Shown: piece after piece, positions 35,734-45,776 of the stretch | Layout: the number at the start of each line of letters is the position of its first letter | Numbering within the stretch: position 1 is the stretch's first letter | Origin: Alphaproteobacteria bacterium | GTDB lineage: Bacteria; Pseudomonadota; Alphaproteobacteria; Bin95 | NCBI GenBank assembly: GCA_965205265.1 | Contig: CBDBGH010000003.1 | Span: forward strand, 4,128,001-4,192,000 | Length of the DNA stretch: 64,000 nt | Direction: 5' to 3' | Notes under the pieces: generated by a model | The model's database searches: none | The model's input: only the letters and a program-made list of their open reading frames with translations | Told to the model about the DNA's origin: nothing | Translations under genes and position numbers: made by a program

Positions 35734-36478
35734 CACGCAGTCCGCCTCTCCCTTCGAGGCGAACGGGCTCACGGTCGCGCTCGGCGGCCGGCCCGTGCTC
35801 TGGAATGTCGACCTCCGGCTGCCGGCGCGCGGCATGTCGGCCGTCGTCGGACCGAACGGCGCGGGCAAGTCCACCCTCTTCAAGGCGGCGCTCGGCCTGG
35901 CCCCTGTGCTCACCGGTCAGGTGCGCCTGCTGGGCGAGCCCGTCGCGCGGGTTCGCCGCCGCATCGCTTACATGCCGCAGCGCAACAGCGTCGACTGGGA
36001 CTTTCCGGTTTCCGCCCGCGACGTGGCGGCGATGGGGCTTTACGGCCGGGTCGGCTGGTTCCGCCGCCTCTCGAAACGCCATCTGGCAGCGGCGGACGCA
36101 GCGCTGGAGCGGGTGGGCCTCGCCGACTTTCGCAACCGCCAGATCGGGCGGCTCTCGGGCGGCCAGCAACAGCGCGTCTTCCTTGCCCGCGCGCTGGCCC
36201 AAGAAGCCGATCTTCTGCTGCTGGACGAGCCCTTCTCCGGCATCGATACCGCATCCGAAGCCGCCATACTGGACGTGCTGGCCGGCCTTGAAGGCGAGGG
36301 GCGGCATATCGTGTGTATCCACCACGACCTGCGCATGGTCGCCGCCTATTTCGACCATGTGACGGTGCTGAACGCCGTCGCCATCGCCAGCGGCCCCCCG
36401 GCCGAAGCCCTTGGCGAGGAGACGCTCCGGCGCGCCTACGATGCATCCGGCCTGAGGCCGCGCGCGCTGGCGGCCTGA
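35723..36478 (+). CDS. Metal ABC ATPase (TroB-like)
   Basis: GPNGAGKST, LSGGQQQR, LLDEP. Confidence 0.92.
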   Translation: MTADTQSASPFEANGLTVALGGRPVLWNVDLRLPARGMSAVVGPNGAGKSTLFKAALGLAPVLTGQVRLLGEPVARVRRRIAYMPQRNSVDWDFPVSARDVAAMGLYGRVGWFRRLSKRHLAAADAALERVGLADFRNRQIGRLSGGQQQRVFLARALAQEADLLLLDEPFSGIDTASEAAILDVLAGLEGEGRHIVCIHHDLRMVAAYFDHVTVLNAVAIASGPPAEALGEETLRRAYDASGLRPRALAA

Positions 36479-37626
36479 TGACCGGAGCCGGCGACGGTCT
36501 GCTGGAGGCGCTGACCTTCCAGGCCGGCTACAACACCGGCGTGGTTATGGCAGGTTCGGCGGCGCTGGGAGCCGCCGCCGGCGGCGTCGGGGCCTTCCTC
36601 CTGCTGCGCGCGCGGGCGATGGCGGCCGATGCGGTCGGCCATGCGACGCTGCCGGGCATCGTGCTGGCCTTCATCGCCGCAGGCGCGCTGGGGGCCGAAG
36701 GCCGCGCCTTGCCGGTGCTGCTCGCCGGGGCGGCGCTGACCGGCATTCTCGGCATGGCGGCCGCCGAGGCCCTGACGCGCCGCACCCGCCTCGCCCCGGA
36801 CGCCGCCATCGCGATTGCGCTCAGCGTCTTCTATGCCGTCGGCATCGTGCTGCTCTCCTGGCTGCAGACGCTGCCCGCGGGCAGCCAGGGCGGCCTCAAG
36901 AGCTTCATCCTGGGACAGGCGGCGGCGCTTTCCGCTGCCGAAGCGCTCGGACTGGCCGTCGCGGCGTTGCTCGCGCTCGGCATGCTGCTCGCGTTGTTTC
37001 GCCCGCTTGGCGTCCTCTGTTTCGACGAACACCATGCCCGGGCGCGCGGCTGGCCGGTCGCAGGGCTGGATGCGGCGCTGCTGGGCCTCGGCGTGGTTGT
37101 CACGGTGCTCGGCCTCCAGTCGGTCGGTCTGGTGCTGGTGGTCGCGCTGCTCATCCTGCCGGCGGTGGCGGCGCGGTTCTGGTCCGAGCGGCTTGCGGGC
37201 ATCTTCTGGCTCTCGGTCGCCTTCGGCGCGGGCGGCGCGTTTCTGGGCGCGGCCGCCTCATCCATCTGGCCGCGCGCGCCCACCGGCGCCTCCATCGTGC
37301 TGGCGCTCGGGCTCGTCTTCGGCGCGAGTCTGCTGGCCGCGCCGCGGCGCGGTATCGTCGCGGAGGCCGGCCGCCGGGCCCGCGCCGGCTGGCAATTGCG
37401 CGCCGCCCGGGCGCTTCAGGCCGGACGCGGCTATCCGGGCGCCGGCCTGATCGGCTGGCGGCGCGGCGGAAGGCCCACGGCACGCGGCGCAGCGGCGGTC
37501 GCCCGGCTCGAGCTCTGGGACCGTTGCCTTGCGGAAGCCCCGGAGGCTTTGCCGGCCGAGCTCGCCTGGGGCATAGACCCGTTGCCGGTCGAAGCGCTGG
37601 CGCTGCTCGGAAAGCGCGCCCCGTGA
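36478..37626 (+). CDS. Metal ABC permease (TroC-like)
   Basis: DAVGHATLPG, ABC-3 TM pattern. Confidence 0.88.
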   Translation: MTGAGDGLLEALTFQAGYNTGVVMAGSAALGAAAGGVGAFLLLRARAMAADAVGHATLPGIVLAFIAAGALGAEGRALPVLLAGAALTGILGMAAAEALTRRTRLAPDAAIAIALSVFYAVGIVLLSWLQTLPAGSQGGLKSFILGQAAALSAAEALGLAVAALLALGMLLALFRPLGVLCFDEHHARARGWPVAGLDAALLGLGVVVTVLGLQSVGLVLVVALLILPAVAARFWSERLAGIFWLSVAFGAGGAFLGAAASSIWPRAPTGASIVLALGLVFGASLLAAPRRGIVAEAGRRARAGWQLRAARALQAGRGYPGAGLIGWRRGGRPTARGAAAVARLELWDRCLAEAPEALPAELAWGIDPLPVEALALLGKRAP

Positions 37627-38531
37627 GCCTTTTCTGGCAGGTTGACTTCCCGGCGCTCGTGGCAGCAGGCCTCGCTTCGGGCCTCTGCGCGCTGCTTGGC
37701 AATTTCCTCGTGCTGAGGCGCGAAAGCCTGCTCGGCGACGCCATCGCCCATGCCGTGCTGCCGGGCATTGTCGGCGGCTTCATGCTGGCGGGCGCGCTCG
37801 CCGCCTCCGCCATGCTTGCCGGCGCACTCGCCGCTGCGCTCGTCGCGGCAGGTGCGATCGAGGTCGTGCGCCAGCTCGGCCGCATCGAGCCGGGCGCGGC
37901 CATGGGCGCGGTCTTCACGGTCATGTTCGCGGCCGGCGTGTTCATGCTGGAGCAGGCGGCGGCGCGGAACCTGCACATCGATGCCGACTGCGTGCTCTAC
38001 GGCCAGCTGGAAGACATTCTCTGGCTGGATGCCCCGGACATTTGGGCCTTGCCGCGCGAGGTCTGGACGCTCGCCGGCGTCTTCGCCGTGGCGGCGGCGG
38101 CAGTCCTGCTACTGGCGAAAGAGATCAGGCTTGCCGTGTTCGATCCCGCCTTCGCCGCAGCGCTCGGCTTCCGGCCCGGCCTCGTCCATCTGGGCCTTGT
38201 GCTGTTCGTGGCGGCGGCGGCGATTGCCTCCTTCGAGGCCGTGGGCTCGATCCTGGTGATCGCCATGCTGATCTGCCCGCCCGCCGCCGCGCGCCTCATG
38301 ACCGACGACTACCGCACGCAGATCCTGCTGAGCACCGCATTGGGGATCGGTTCCGCCTTCGCAGGCTACGGCCTCGCGGGCTTCGCCCCGGCGCTTCTCG
38401 GCGCCTCCTGGTCGCTTAACGCCGCCGGCTGCATCGCCGTCGTCTCGGGCCTCGCCGTGGCAGCAGCGGCCTTGTTCGGCCCGCGCCGACTCTCCTTCGC
38501 GGGCGCCGCGGCAAGCCTTGACAGAGGGTAG
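37623..38531 (+). CDS. Metal ABC permease (TroD-like)
   Basis: GDAIAHAVLPG, FEAVGSILV. Confidence 0.88.
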   Translation: MSLFWQVDFPALVAAGLASGLCALLGNFLVLRRESLLGDAIAHAVLPGIVGGFMLAGALAASAMLAGALAAALVAAGAIEVVRQLGRIEPGAAMGAVFTVMFAAGVFMLEQAAARNLHIDADCVLYGQLEDILWLDAPDIWALPREVWTLAGVFAVAAAAVLLLAKEIRLAVFDPAFAAALGFRPGLVHLGLVLFVAAAAIASFEAVGSILVIAMLICPPAAARLMTDDYRTQILLSTALGIGSAFAGYGLAGFAPALLGASWSLNAAGCIAVVSGLAVAAAALFGPRRLSFAGAAASLDRG

Positions 38532-39135
38532 CGCATTGGAACGACGACACAGCCTGCGGTTCGCTACGCTCGGACCCGCCGGGACCAACCACGACCTCGT
38601 CACCCGAAGATATCTGGCGTTCCACGGGCTCGACGGCGCGGAGGTGGTCCTCATCGACGATTTCTTCGAGGGCCTGGCGATGATGGGCGACGGGCGCGCC
38701 GACTTCATGGTCCAGGTCGCGGTCCATCCCGACTGCGCCGATGTCGTGTCGAAAGCGCATTTCGACTATGGCATCCGCATCATCGACACCTTCATCTCTC
38801 CCAGCCGGGAGCTGGCCATTCTGACGCGGGCGGAAGTGGCCGAACCCAGGACCCTGGCGCTGCAGCCGGCCACGCGCGGCTATGCGGACATCTCCGCCTG
38901 GCCGGAACATGTGCCCGTAAGCTCGATCATGCGAATCGCGGAGGGCCTTCTGGAGAGAAGATATGACAGCGGGCTGACAACCCTGGAATTTGCCGAGCGC
39001 CACCCCGGAAGGTTCCGTGTCGACGTTGCGATCGGTACGGTGGACGATCCTTGGCTGGTCTTCGGAGCGGAGCGGGTCTCCACCGGCGGCCTCGTCGCGT
39101 GGCCCGAAAGCCCCGGGAGCCGGCAATTCCGCTAA
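38518..39135 (+). CDS. Hypothetical protein with prephenate dehydratase/BacA-like N-terminus
   Basis: ATLGPAGTNH, LALQPAT; no ACT domain. Confidence 0.5.
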   Translation: MTEGSALERRHSLRFATLGPAGTNHDLVTRRYLAFHGLDGAEVVLIDDFFEGLAMMGDGRADFMVQVAVHPDCADVVSKAHFDYGIRIIDTFISPSRELAILTRAEVAEPRTLALQPATRGYADISAWPEHVPVSSIMRIAEGLLERRYDSGLTTLEFAERHPGRFRVDVAIGTVDDPWLVFGAERVSTGGLVAWPESPGSRQFR

Positions 39136-39173
39136 CGGCCCGGAACCGCTTGCAGGCGCGCGGACCGGGACCC

Positions 39174-40115
39174 TCAAACATCCGCAAAACGGTGGTCGGG
39201 ATGCACCGGATGGTGCCGGACGCGAAACAGGAAGCGGCGCAGCAGCGTCGGGTAGCCGGCATAGACGTGGCCGCCCGCCTCGGCCATGTAGTGCCCGCGC
39301 CGTGCGGCGAACGCCGCCGGGATGGCATGCCATGGCAGGTCCGGGCGGCTGTGATGCACGACATGGAGGTTGTTGTTGAGATAGAGGAGCCGGCTGAGCG
39401 GTCCGCCCAGCACGATAGCGGTCCGCCCGTTCTTCCCGGCAGCGGGCTGGTGTTCGGCGTAGGATCGCAGCAGGGTCAGTGACAGGCCCGGATAAGCGAA
39501 CAGGGCGACATAGGCGCCGATGGACATATCGCAGACGAGCACGACCCAGGCGAGAACCATGCCGGTCCCGACGATATGGCGCCCCCAGACGCCGCCATTG
39601 GAGAGGTCGCCCGAACGGGCCCGCCGGAGTTCCGACCCCCAGAACGCAACGACGGCGAGCGCCGGCCCGAGGGTCAGCCGGCCGAACAGCGTCTGGTGCA
39701 GCTGCAGGAGCAGCCGGCGCGGTCCGGTCATGCGCTCCCAGTCGCGCTCCCGGACGAAATACGACTCGGTGTCCTCCAACGGGTCGGTCAGGGCCGGGCA
39801 GGCATGGTGGCGCAAGTGGGTGTCGCGGTAGATCTCGTAAGGTATCCACAGACCAAGCGGCAGCCAGGCGAGCGCGAGGTTGACGCGCGGCGACCGCGTC
39901 GGATGCCCGTGCACGGTCTCGTGCTGCAGCGAACCGTGCCAGCAGACGATGAAAGCCCCCGCCGGCAGCAGCAGCCACCAGGGCAGCGCCGCTGCATGGA
40001 AGGTGAGCAGCAGCCAGCCGCCATAGACCGCGCCGGCGACGACCCAGGTCGGCCATTCCCGGCCGCACCGCGACGGCGCAGCCCGGCTCGGATACCCGCG
40101 CCCCTTGCAAGCCAT
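39174..40115 (-). CDS. Membrane fatty-acid-desaturase family protein
   Basis: EWPTW, HETVHGHP, HLRHH, NNNLHVVHH; start uncertain. Confidence 0.85.
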   Translation of the reverse strand: MACKGRGYPSRAAPSRCGREWPTWVVAGAVYGGWLLLTFHAAALPWWLLLPAGAFIVCWHGSLQHETVHGHPTRSPRVNLALAWLPLGLWIPYEIYRDTHLRHHACPALTDPLEDTESYFVRERDWERMTGPRRLLLQLHQTLFGRLTLGPALAVVAFWGSELRRARSGDLSNGGVWGRHIVGTGMVLAWVVLVCDMSIGAYVALFAYPGLSLTLLRSYAEHQPAAGKNGRTAIVLGGPLSRLLYLNNNLHVVHHSRPDLPWHAIPAAFAARRGHYMAEAGGHVYAGYPTLLRRFLFRVRHHPVHPDHRFADV

Positions 40116-40289
40116 CGAAACCGGATTCCCCTGCCGTCAGTTCCTGAGGCGTCCATCACAGGCAGCCGCAGTCCGGACCGGCAATGAGGGAATTGCAACG
40201 CAATGCCATATAGCGCAGCAAATTCAAAAATCTGTTGATAATTATCGACAAACTCATCATAAAATCTACAGATTCCATAGCAGCGGCTC

Positions 40290-40438
40290 ATGGATAGAAG
40301 AGATGTCTCGCGCCTGTTCCGACTGCGCCTCACGGAAACGTTGGCGCAGTCGGGACTGTCCCGTTCGGCGCTCGCCCGCCGGGCCGGCATAGACCGCTCG
40401 ACCTTGTCCCAGCTTCTCTCCGACGACATGGACAGGCT
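40290..40438 (+). pseudogene. 5' piece of XRE regulator, truncated by IS1634
   Basis: ATG 40290 MDRRDVSRLFRLRL...; 40301-40438 is identical to 42355-42492. Confidence 0.8.
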
Positions 40439-42354
40439 CCTGACTTCGACGGTTGATTCGCATAAGTAGTTGATATTGCCTGGTTCTCATTTCGGCTAGG
40501 CACTACATCCGGCATTTCTTCGAGCCGTGCTTCGTCGACGGTCAGGCGAGTTGATACGGGGTGATCGTCAGGGGCAGCCCCATGGTTGCGTAAATCTGCT
40601 CCGCCGCCGGTGTCGGCTTCGAGGGGATGACGTAGCGGTTGCCCGATTGCCGACAGCGCAGCAGGGAGCACTGGCGGTGGACGAGGGCGGAGCGGATGAC
40701 CTCCGGGGACATCCGCCGCTTCTGGATGGCGACGCGGTACGCAAGGTGTCGAACGCAGGCGAAGGCCAGGAAGGCGATGGCGATGTGAGCGCGGATCCGG
40801 TCCGGGTTCCAGTGCCAGATGGGACGTATCTTCAGGTCGTGTTTGGTGATCCGGAAGCTCTCCTCGACCTGCCAGAGCCCCTGGTAGTGAGCCATCACTT
40901 CGGTGACGCGCGCGTCGCGCAGATTGGTGATGACGCCGGTGAGCCCGTCCCATCGTGCGGCCTCGGCGATCTTCTCCGGGTTCACCGTGAGCCGTGCGTC
41001 GCCCTCGACGGCGATGAAGCGCTTCGCCCCGTGATTGGAGAGCAGTTCCCTGGGATTGTCGCTGCGGGCCAGCCTGTCGAGCAGGCGTTCCACCTGATGG
41101 CGGCGCTCGTGCGCGTCCTTGCGTGCGCGCTGGGGGCAGAAGACGACGATCAGGCGACGGCCCTTGTACTCCCACTCGCCGACCCGGCGGTCCTGTGAGC
41201 CCTCCAGCGGGGCATAGGTCCCGGGGTCGAGAACCTGCCCCAGCAGCGCGAGCGGCAGCTTGCGCAGCCGCGCGCCGACGACATACTCGCCGCCGATGGC
41301 GTCCATGGCGTCGAGGTTGTCGGCGCTCAGCATGCCCCGGTCGGCCACGCATACCGTGCGCTCCACCTGGTGGCGGCGCTGCATGTCCTGCAGGACCGGG
41401 ACCATGCTGTGTCCCTCGTAGGTGGCGCCGGGGAAGACCTCGTAGCTGATCGGCAGCCCTTCGCGCGTCACCATCAGCGCCAGCAGAACCTGCGAGTCCT
41501 TGTGTTTGCCGTCCTTGCTGAAGCCGTGCTGGCGAAGCTCGTCCTCGGCGGCCGTCTCGAAGTAGAGCGTGGTGCAATCGAAGAAGAGGATCGCGACCGG
41601 CTCCGGCAGCAGCGACCGGCTCGCCTCGCCGACGCGCGTGCGCAGTCGCTCGATCACCGTCGCGTCGAGCTGATCCATCATCCGGTAGACCTTCTCGAGC
41701 GGAAGACTCACGCCGAAGTCCTCCTCGAGCCGGCGCACGCTGCCCCGCTTGCTGTCGGGGTTGGCTACCCGCGCCATCACCACATGGAACAGCGCGTCAT
41801 GGGAGGCCCGGTAGCGCGAGCGCGGCAGCAGCGCGTCGAGGCCCAGCAGCCGGTAGATCTCGCCATAGACCTCGTGGATGCCTGTGATCAGGCGCTGCTC
41901 CTCTTCAAGCTGCTTGAGGTCGACCGGGAGTTCCTCCTTGCCGTCCCCCCGGCGGCCGACACGGATCGCCTGCTCAGCGATCTTCTCGGGCGCAAACAAT
42001 GCCGGCTGACGCTCGTCCTCCAGCTTCGCCTTGACGTACTCGCCGAGCTGCCTCAGGCGCTCGAGCTCGTCCTCGTCCATGGCCACGCCGACATGGCGGA
42101 CGATGCGCTGTCGGACCTTGCCGCCGTCGCGCACGGCCTCGACGATCTGGACCGAGCGTCGCGGGCTGTTGGGGGAGGTCTTGATGCGCACGAACATGGG
42201 GGGAGTGTAGCGCGTGGCGGAGGCATTGACAGTCTCAAAGATTTACTAGGCACTACAACGCAGCTTGACCGCACCGCAACTGCCAACTCATTGGCTTTAC
42301 TGAAAACTCCAGACGCGAGATCGGTCAGAAGTCAGCCCAACCGTCGAAGTCAGG
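40439..42354 (-). mobile_element. IS1634-family element, 17-bp perfect TIRs, 138-bp flanking direct repeat
   Basis: cctgacttcgacggttg (40439-40455) / caaccgtcgaagtcagg (42338-42354). Confidence 0.92.
40542..42197 (-). CDS. IS1634-family DDE transposase
   Basis: FFDCTTLYFE, GFSKD, VADRGM, WQVEESFR.K..L.IRPI.H. Confidence 0.93.
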   Translation of the reverse strand: MFVRIKTSPNSPRRSVQIVEAVRDGGKVRQRIVRHVGVAMDEDELERLRQLGEYVKAKLEDERQPALFAPEKIAEQAIRVGRRGDGKEELPVDLKQLEEEQRLITGIHEVYGEIYRLLGLDALLPRSRYRASHDALFHVVMARVANPDSKRGSVRRLEEDFGVSLPLEKVYRMMDQLDATVIERLRTRVGEASRSLLPEPVAILFFDCTTLYFETAAEDELRQHGFSKDGKHKDSQVLLALMVTREGLPISYEVFPGATYEGHSMVPVLQDMQRRHQVERTVCVADRGMLSADNLDAMDAIGGEYVVGARLRKLPLALLGQVLDPGTYAPLEGSQDRRVGEWEYKGRRLIVVFCPQRARKDAHERRHQVERLLDRLARSDNPRELLSNHGAKRFIAVEGDARLTVNPEKIAEAARWDGLTGVITNLRDARVTEVMAHYQGLWQVEESFRITKHDLKIRPIWHWNPDRIRAHIAIAFLAFACVRHLAYRVAIQKRRMSPEVIRSALVHRQCSLLRCRQSGNRYVIPSKPTPAAEQIYATMGLPLTITPYQLA

Positions 42355-42355
42355 A

Positions 42356-43201
42356 GATGTCTCGCGCCTGTTCCGACTGCGCCTCACGGAAACGTTGGCG
42401 CAGTCGGGACTGTCCCGTTCGGCGCTCGCCCGCCGGGCCGGCATAGACCGCTCGACCTTGTCCCAGCTTCTCTCCGACGACATGGACAGGCTGCCCCGCG
42501 CCGATACGGTCGCGGCTATCGCAACGGAATTGCGCGTCAGCCTCGACTGGCTGCTCGGTCTCAGCAATGTGGAGCGGCTCGGCGCTGATATTCTCCATGA
42601 GTCGCTGCAGATCGCCGAAAGCGCGCAGACGCCGGTGGACGAGATGCTGGTGCGCTGGTTCGAGGAGGCCGCCGGCTACAAGATGCGCTACGTGCCGACC
42701 ACGATCCCGGACATCGCCAAGACCGAGGAGGTGCTCCGCCACGAATACCGCCACTTCCGCTCCCGGGCTCCCGACCGCGCCATCAGCGCGTCGCGCGACA
42801 AGCTGGAGCATGTCCGGCTGCCGGAGGCGGACATGGAGATCTGCATATCCAGGCAGGCGCTGGAGACACTGGCCGCCGGCGGGGGCATATGGCGCACCCT
42901 GGACTCCTCCGCGCGGCTGAGGCAGCTCGACCGGCTGACCGAGGTCGTGGACGAACTCTATCCCGGCCTGCGCATGTATCTGTTCGACGGCCTGACGCAT
43001 TATTCGGCACCCTACACCATCTTCGGGCGCCAGCGGGCCGCGCTCTATGTCGGCCAGTTCTACCTGGTGTTCAACACGACGGAGCATATCGCCGTGCTGA
43101 ACCGGCATTTCGACGACCTTATCCGCGCCGCCGTCGTCCAGCCGACTGAGCTTGCATCCTTCCTCGCGCAGTTGCGAGACGGGATGGGCGGCGGCGGATG
43201 A
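42356..43201 (+). CDS. XRE-family HTH regulator, downstream near-complete copy (lacks first ~4 codons; possible TTG start 42395)
   Basis: LSRSALARRAGIDRSTLSQLL HTH, VSLDWLLGL. Confidence 0.75.
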   Translation, partial: DVSRLFRLRLTETLAQSGLSRSALARRAGIDRSTLSQLLSDDMDRLPRADTVAAIATELRVSLDWLLGLSNVERLGADILHESLQIAESAQTPVDEMLVRWFEEAAGYKMRYVPTTIPDIAKTEEVLRHEYRHFRSRAPDRAISASRDKLEHVRLPEADMEICISRQALETLAAGGGIWRTLDSSARLRQLDRLTEVVDELYPGLRMYLFDGLTHYSAPYTIFGRQRAALYVGQFYLVFNTTEHIAVLNRHFDDLIRAAVVQPTELASFLAQLRDGMGGGG

Positions 43202-43980
43202 GGGGTCCTTTGCGTCACGCGGGCCTGCCGATGTACGGCGAGGTCGAGTTCCGTCCGGCCGTACAGCGCTGGTGGACGGGCCTCGCCGGGCATCTGAGGA
43301 CGTGCGGTGTCGAGGGCGTTCCCGACCTGCTGGCCTGGCCGGAGGACCGCTACCGCCAATGGCGCGACCCCGGCCTCCTGCTCGGCCAGACATGCGGCTT
43401 TCCGCTGGTGAACTATCTCGCCACCGATGTGAAACTCGTCGCGACGCCCCACTACAGCGCGCCCGGATGCGACGGCCCCCGCTATGCCGCGCATGTCGTC
43501 GTTCGCGAAGACGGCCGGGCGCGCAGCCTCGGCGATCTGCGCGGCGCGCGGCTTAGCGTAAACGGCGAGGACTCATACTCGGGCTACCATGTCTGGCGGC
43601 ACCTGCTGCCCGCGGGCGAGGAGGTGCGGACCTTCTTCCGGGAAGTCGCTGCAACCGGCTCCCACCGCGCCAGCGTCCGCAGCGTGCTCGCCGGAGAGGC
43701 GGATGCCTGCGCGGTCGATTGCGTAACCCACGCCCTGCTCTCCGACTGGCTCGGCGGCGCGCTCCGCGGCTCCCGGATCCTCGCGACTTCCCCGACAGCG
43801 CCGGGCCTGCCCTACGTGACCGGCGCCGCGACGCCCGACGACGAAGTCCGGAGGCTCCGCGAGGGGCTGTTCGCCGCCCTGGCCGACCCGGCGCTCGGGC
43901 CTGCACGCGAAGCGCTGCGGCTTGCCGGCGCAAGCATCCTCGACCCCGGCGACTATCGACGGGCTTTCCTCGATCCGTGA
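43198..43980 (+). CDS. PhnD/SsuA/transferrin-family substrate-binding-like protein (no signal peptide seen)
   Basis: LPMY, QTCGFP, SYSG, TGSHRAS, AVDCVT. Confidence 0.8.
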   Translation: MRGPLRHAGLPMYGEVEFRPAVQRWWTGLAGHLRTCGVEGVPDLLAWPEDRYRQWRDPGLLLGQTCGFPLVNYLATDVKLVATPHYSAPGCDGPRYAAHVVVREDGRARSLGDLRGARLSVNGEDSYSGYHVWRHLLPAGEEVRTFFREVAATGSHRASVRSVLAGEADACAVDCVTHALLSDWLGGALRGSRILATSPTAPGLPYVTGAATPDDEVRRLREGLFAALADPALGPAREALRLAGASILDPGDYRRAFLDP

Positions 43981-44085
43981 TCCCGGGCCCGTTCGACCGT
44001 GGCCATGCGCTGAAGCGGGCGATTGACAAGCCGGTCCGGCGGGGCGAGTGCTGCGCCGGACCGCCCAATGGAGAAGAGTTCCCCC

Positions 44086-44946
44086 ATGCCCGAACCCAGC
44101 GTTTGCCCCCGCCGGTCGTTCATCTTCACGCCGGGCCTGCGCCCCGATATGTATCCGAAAGCGCTTGCGACCGGGGCGGACATTGTCTGCGTCGAGCTTG
44201 AGGACGGGATCGCGCCCAAGGACAAGCCGGCCGCGCGCGCCAATACGATGAAGCTCTTCGAGAGCCCGCAGGCCGACGACGGGGTCGAGCGGGTCGTCCG
44301 CATCAACTCGCTGCGCGAGAGTTTCGGCATGGCGGACGTGCAGGCCGTGCTGGAGGCCGACACACCCCCGCCCGCGCTGATGCTGCCCAAGGTGCGCACG
44401 CCGGACGAGGTGGCGCTGCTCGACGACCTGCTGAGCGAACGCGGCCACGACACCCGCCTGCATGTCATCATCGAGACCAATGCCGGGCTCGAGGCCGCCT
44501 GGGACATCGCCCATTCGAGCCCGCGCATCGACGCCCTGTTCTTCGGCGGCGTGGACATGGCCGCGGAGCTTCGCTGCGAGAACGCATGGGAGCCGCTGCT
44601 CTACGCCCGCTCGCGCGTGGTCCATGCCGCCGCCGGCGCCGGACTGGACGCCATCGACGTGCCCTATCTGGACCTCGAGGACCCGGACGGCATGGAGCGC
44701 GCCGCAATTCAGGCGCGGGAGCTCGGCTTTTCCGGCAAGGGCGCGGTGCATCCCCGTCAGATCGCGGCGCTCAACGCCGTGTTCACGCCCTCGGCCGAAC
44801 GCATCGCGCGGGCGCGGCGCATCATCGCCGAGTTCGAGGCCGCCGACACGGGGCTGGTGGTGATCGACGGCAAGCTCATCGAGAAGCCGGTCCTGCGCGA
44901 GATGCACCGCATCGTCGCCATCGCCGACCGGACCGGCGCCGGATAG
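44086..44946 (+). CDS. CitE/HpcH-family CoA ester lyase
   Basis: RRSFIFTPG, ELEDG, VRIN, IIET, GKGAVHP. Confidence 0.9.
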   Translation: MPEPSVCPRRSFIFTPGLRPDMYPKALATGADIVCVELEDGIAPKDKPAARANTMKLFESPQADDGVERVVRINSLRESFGMADVQAVLEADTPPPALMLPKVRTPDEVALLDDLLSERGHDTRLHVIIETNAGLEAAWDIAHSSPRIDALFFGGVDMAAELRCENAWEPLLYARSRVVHAAAGAGLDAIDVPYLDLEDPDGMERAAIQARELGFSGKGAVHPRQIAALNAVFTPSAERIARARRIIAEFEAADTGLVVIDGKLIEKPVLREMHRIVAIADRTGAG

Positions 44947-45122
44947 GCGCCTGCGCCGTCGAAGCCGGGCCGGGCGCCGAAGACAGGCGGCTGGGAGCCT
45001 CCCGTCCCGGGATATAGCAAGTGTCATAAGTCCTGGTTCTTATAGCAAAACGCTATAGCACAGCCCTTCGGACACTGAAACTTTCGTCTGCGAAACCGGA
45101 AGGATTCGCAAAGGCGAGCGTC

Positions 45123-45776
45123 GTGGATTCGAAGAATTTCCCCAAAGAGACATCCCCTCTTCTCCGGCGACTGGCAGTCGTCCTGAGTGGTTTCCTGATG
45201 ACGCTGGTCCTCCTGATGAGCAACGGAATCCAGTTCCTGGGTGGTAAGGCGCCGCTTCACGTTGTTCAGGAAGCCCGCGCCAACAGTGGAGACGGGGACG
45301 GCGATGGAGATGGAGATGGAGACGGAGACGGAGACGGAGACGGTGATGGGGACGGCGATGGAGATGGAGATGGAGACGGAGACGGCGACGGAGATGGAGA
45401 CGGAGATGGAGACGGAGACGGAGACGGAGACGGTGATGGGGACGGCGATGGAGACGGAGACGGAGACGGTGATGGGGACGGCGATGGAGATGGAGATGGA
45501 GACGGAGACGGCGACGGTGATGGGGACGGCGATGGAGACGGAGACGGCGATGGGGACGGCGATGGAGATGGGGATGGAGACGGAGACGGCGATGGGGACG
45601 GCGATGGCGATGGAGACGGCGATGGAGACGGAGACGGCGACGGCGACGGCGACGGCGATGGGGACGGAGACGGCGATGGGGATGGCGATAGCGGGAGGGG
45701 TGGCGGTGGCGAGGAAGCGGGCGGCCGTTCTGGCGGCAGCGACCTTGCTGACAGCCTGCGCGGCGGGAGCTTCTGA
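45123..45776 (+). CDS. Exported/membrane-anchored protein with (Gly-Asp)67 tract
   Basis: Hydrophobic N-terminal segment, AxA site (ARA) just before the tract; repeat codons vary only as GGN-GAY. Confidence 0.75.
   Translation: MDSKNFPKETSPLLRRLAVVLSGFLMTLVLLMSNGIQFLGGKAPLHVVQEARANSGDGDGDGDGDGDGDGDGDGDGDGDGDGDGDGDGDGDGDGDGDGDGDGDGDGDGDGDGDGDGDGDGDGDGDGDGDGDGDGDGDGDGDGDGDGDGDGDGDGDGDGDGDGDGDGDGDGDGDGDGDGDGDGDGDGDGDSGRGGGGEEAGGRSGGSDLADSLRGGSF
45288..45689 (+). repeat. 402-bp degenerate hexamer tandem repeat (GGNGAY)x67
   Basis: Read directly from the sequence. Confidence 0.95.

Noticed and set aside
45288-45689. Possible CRISPR array or simple microsatellite
   Set aside because: No spacers or cas genes; variation is confined to third codon positions
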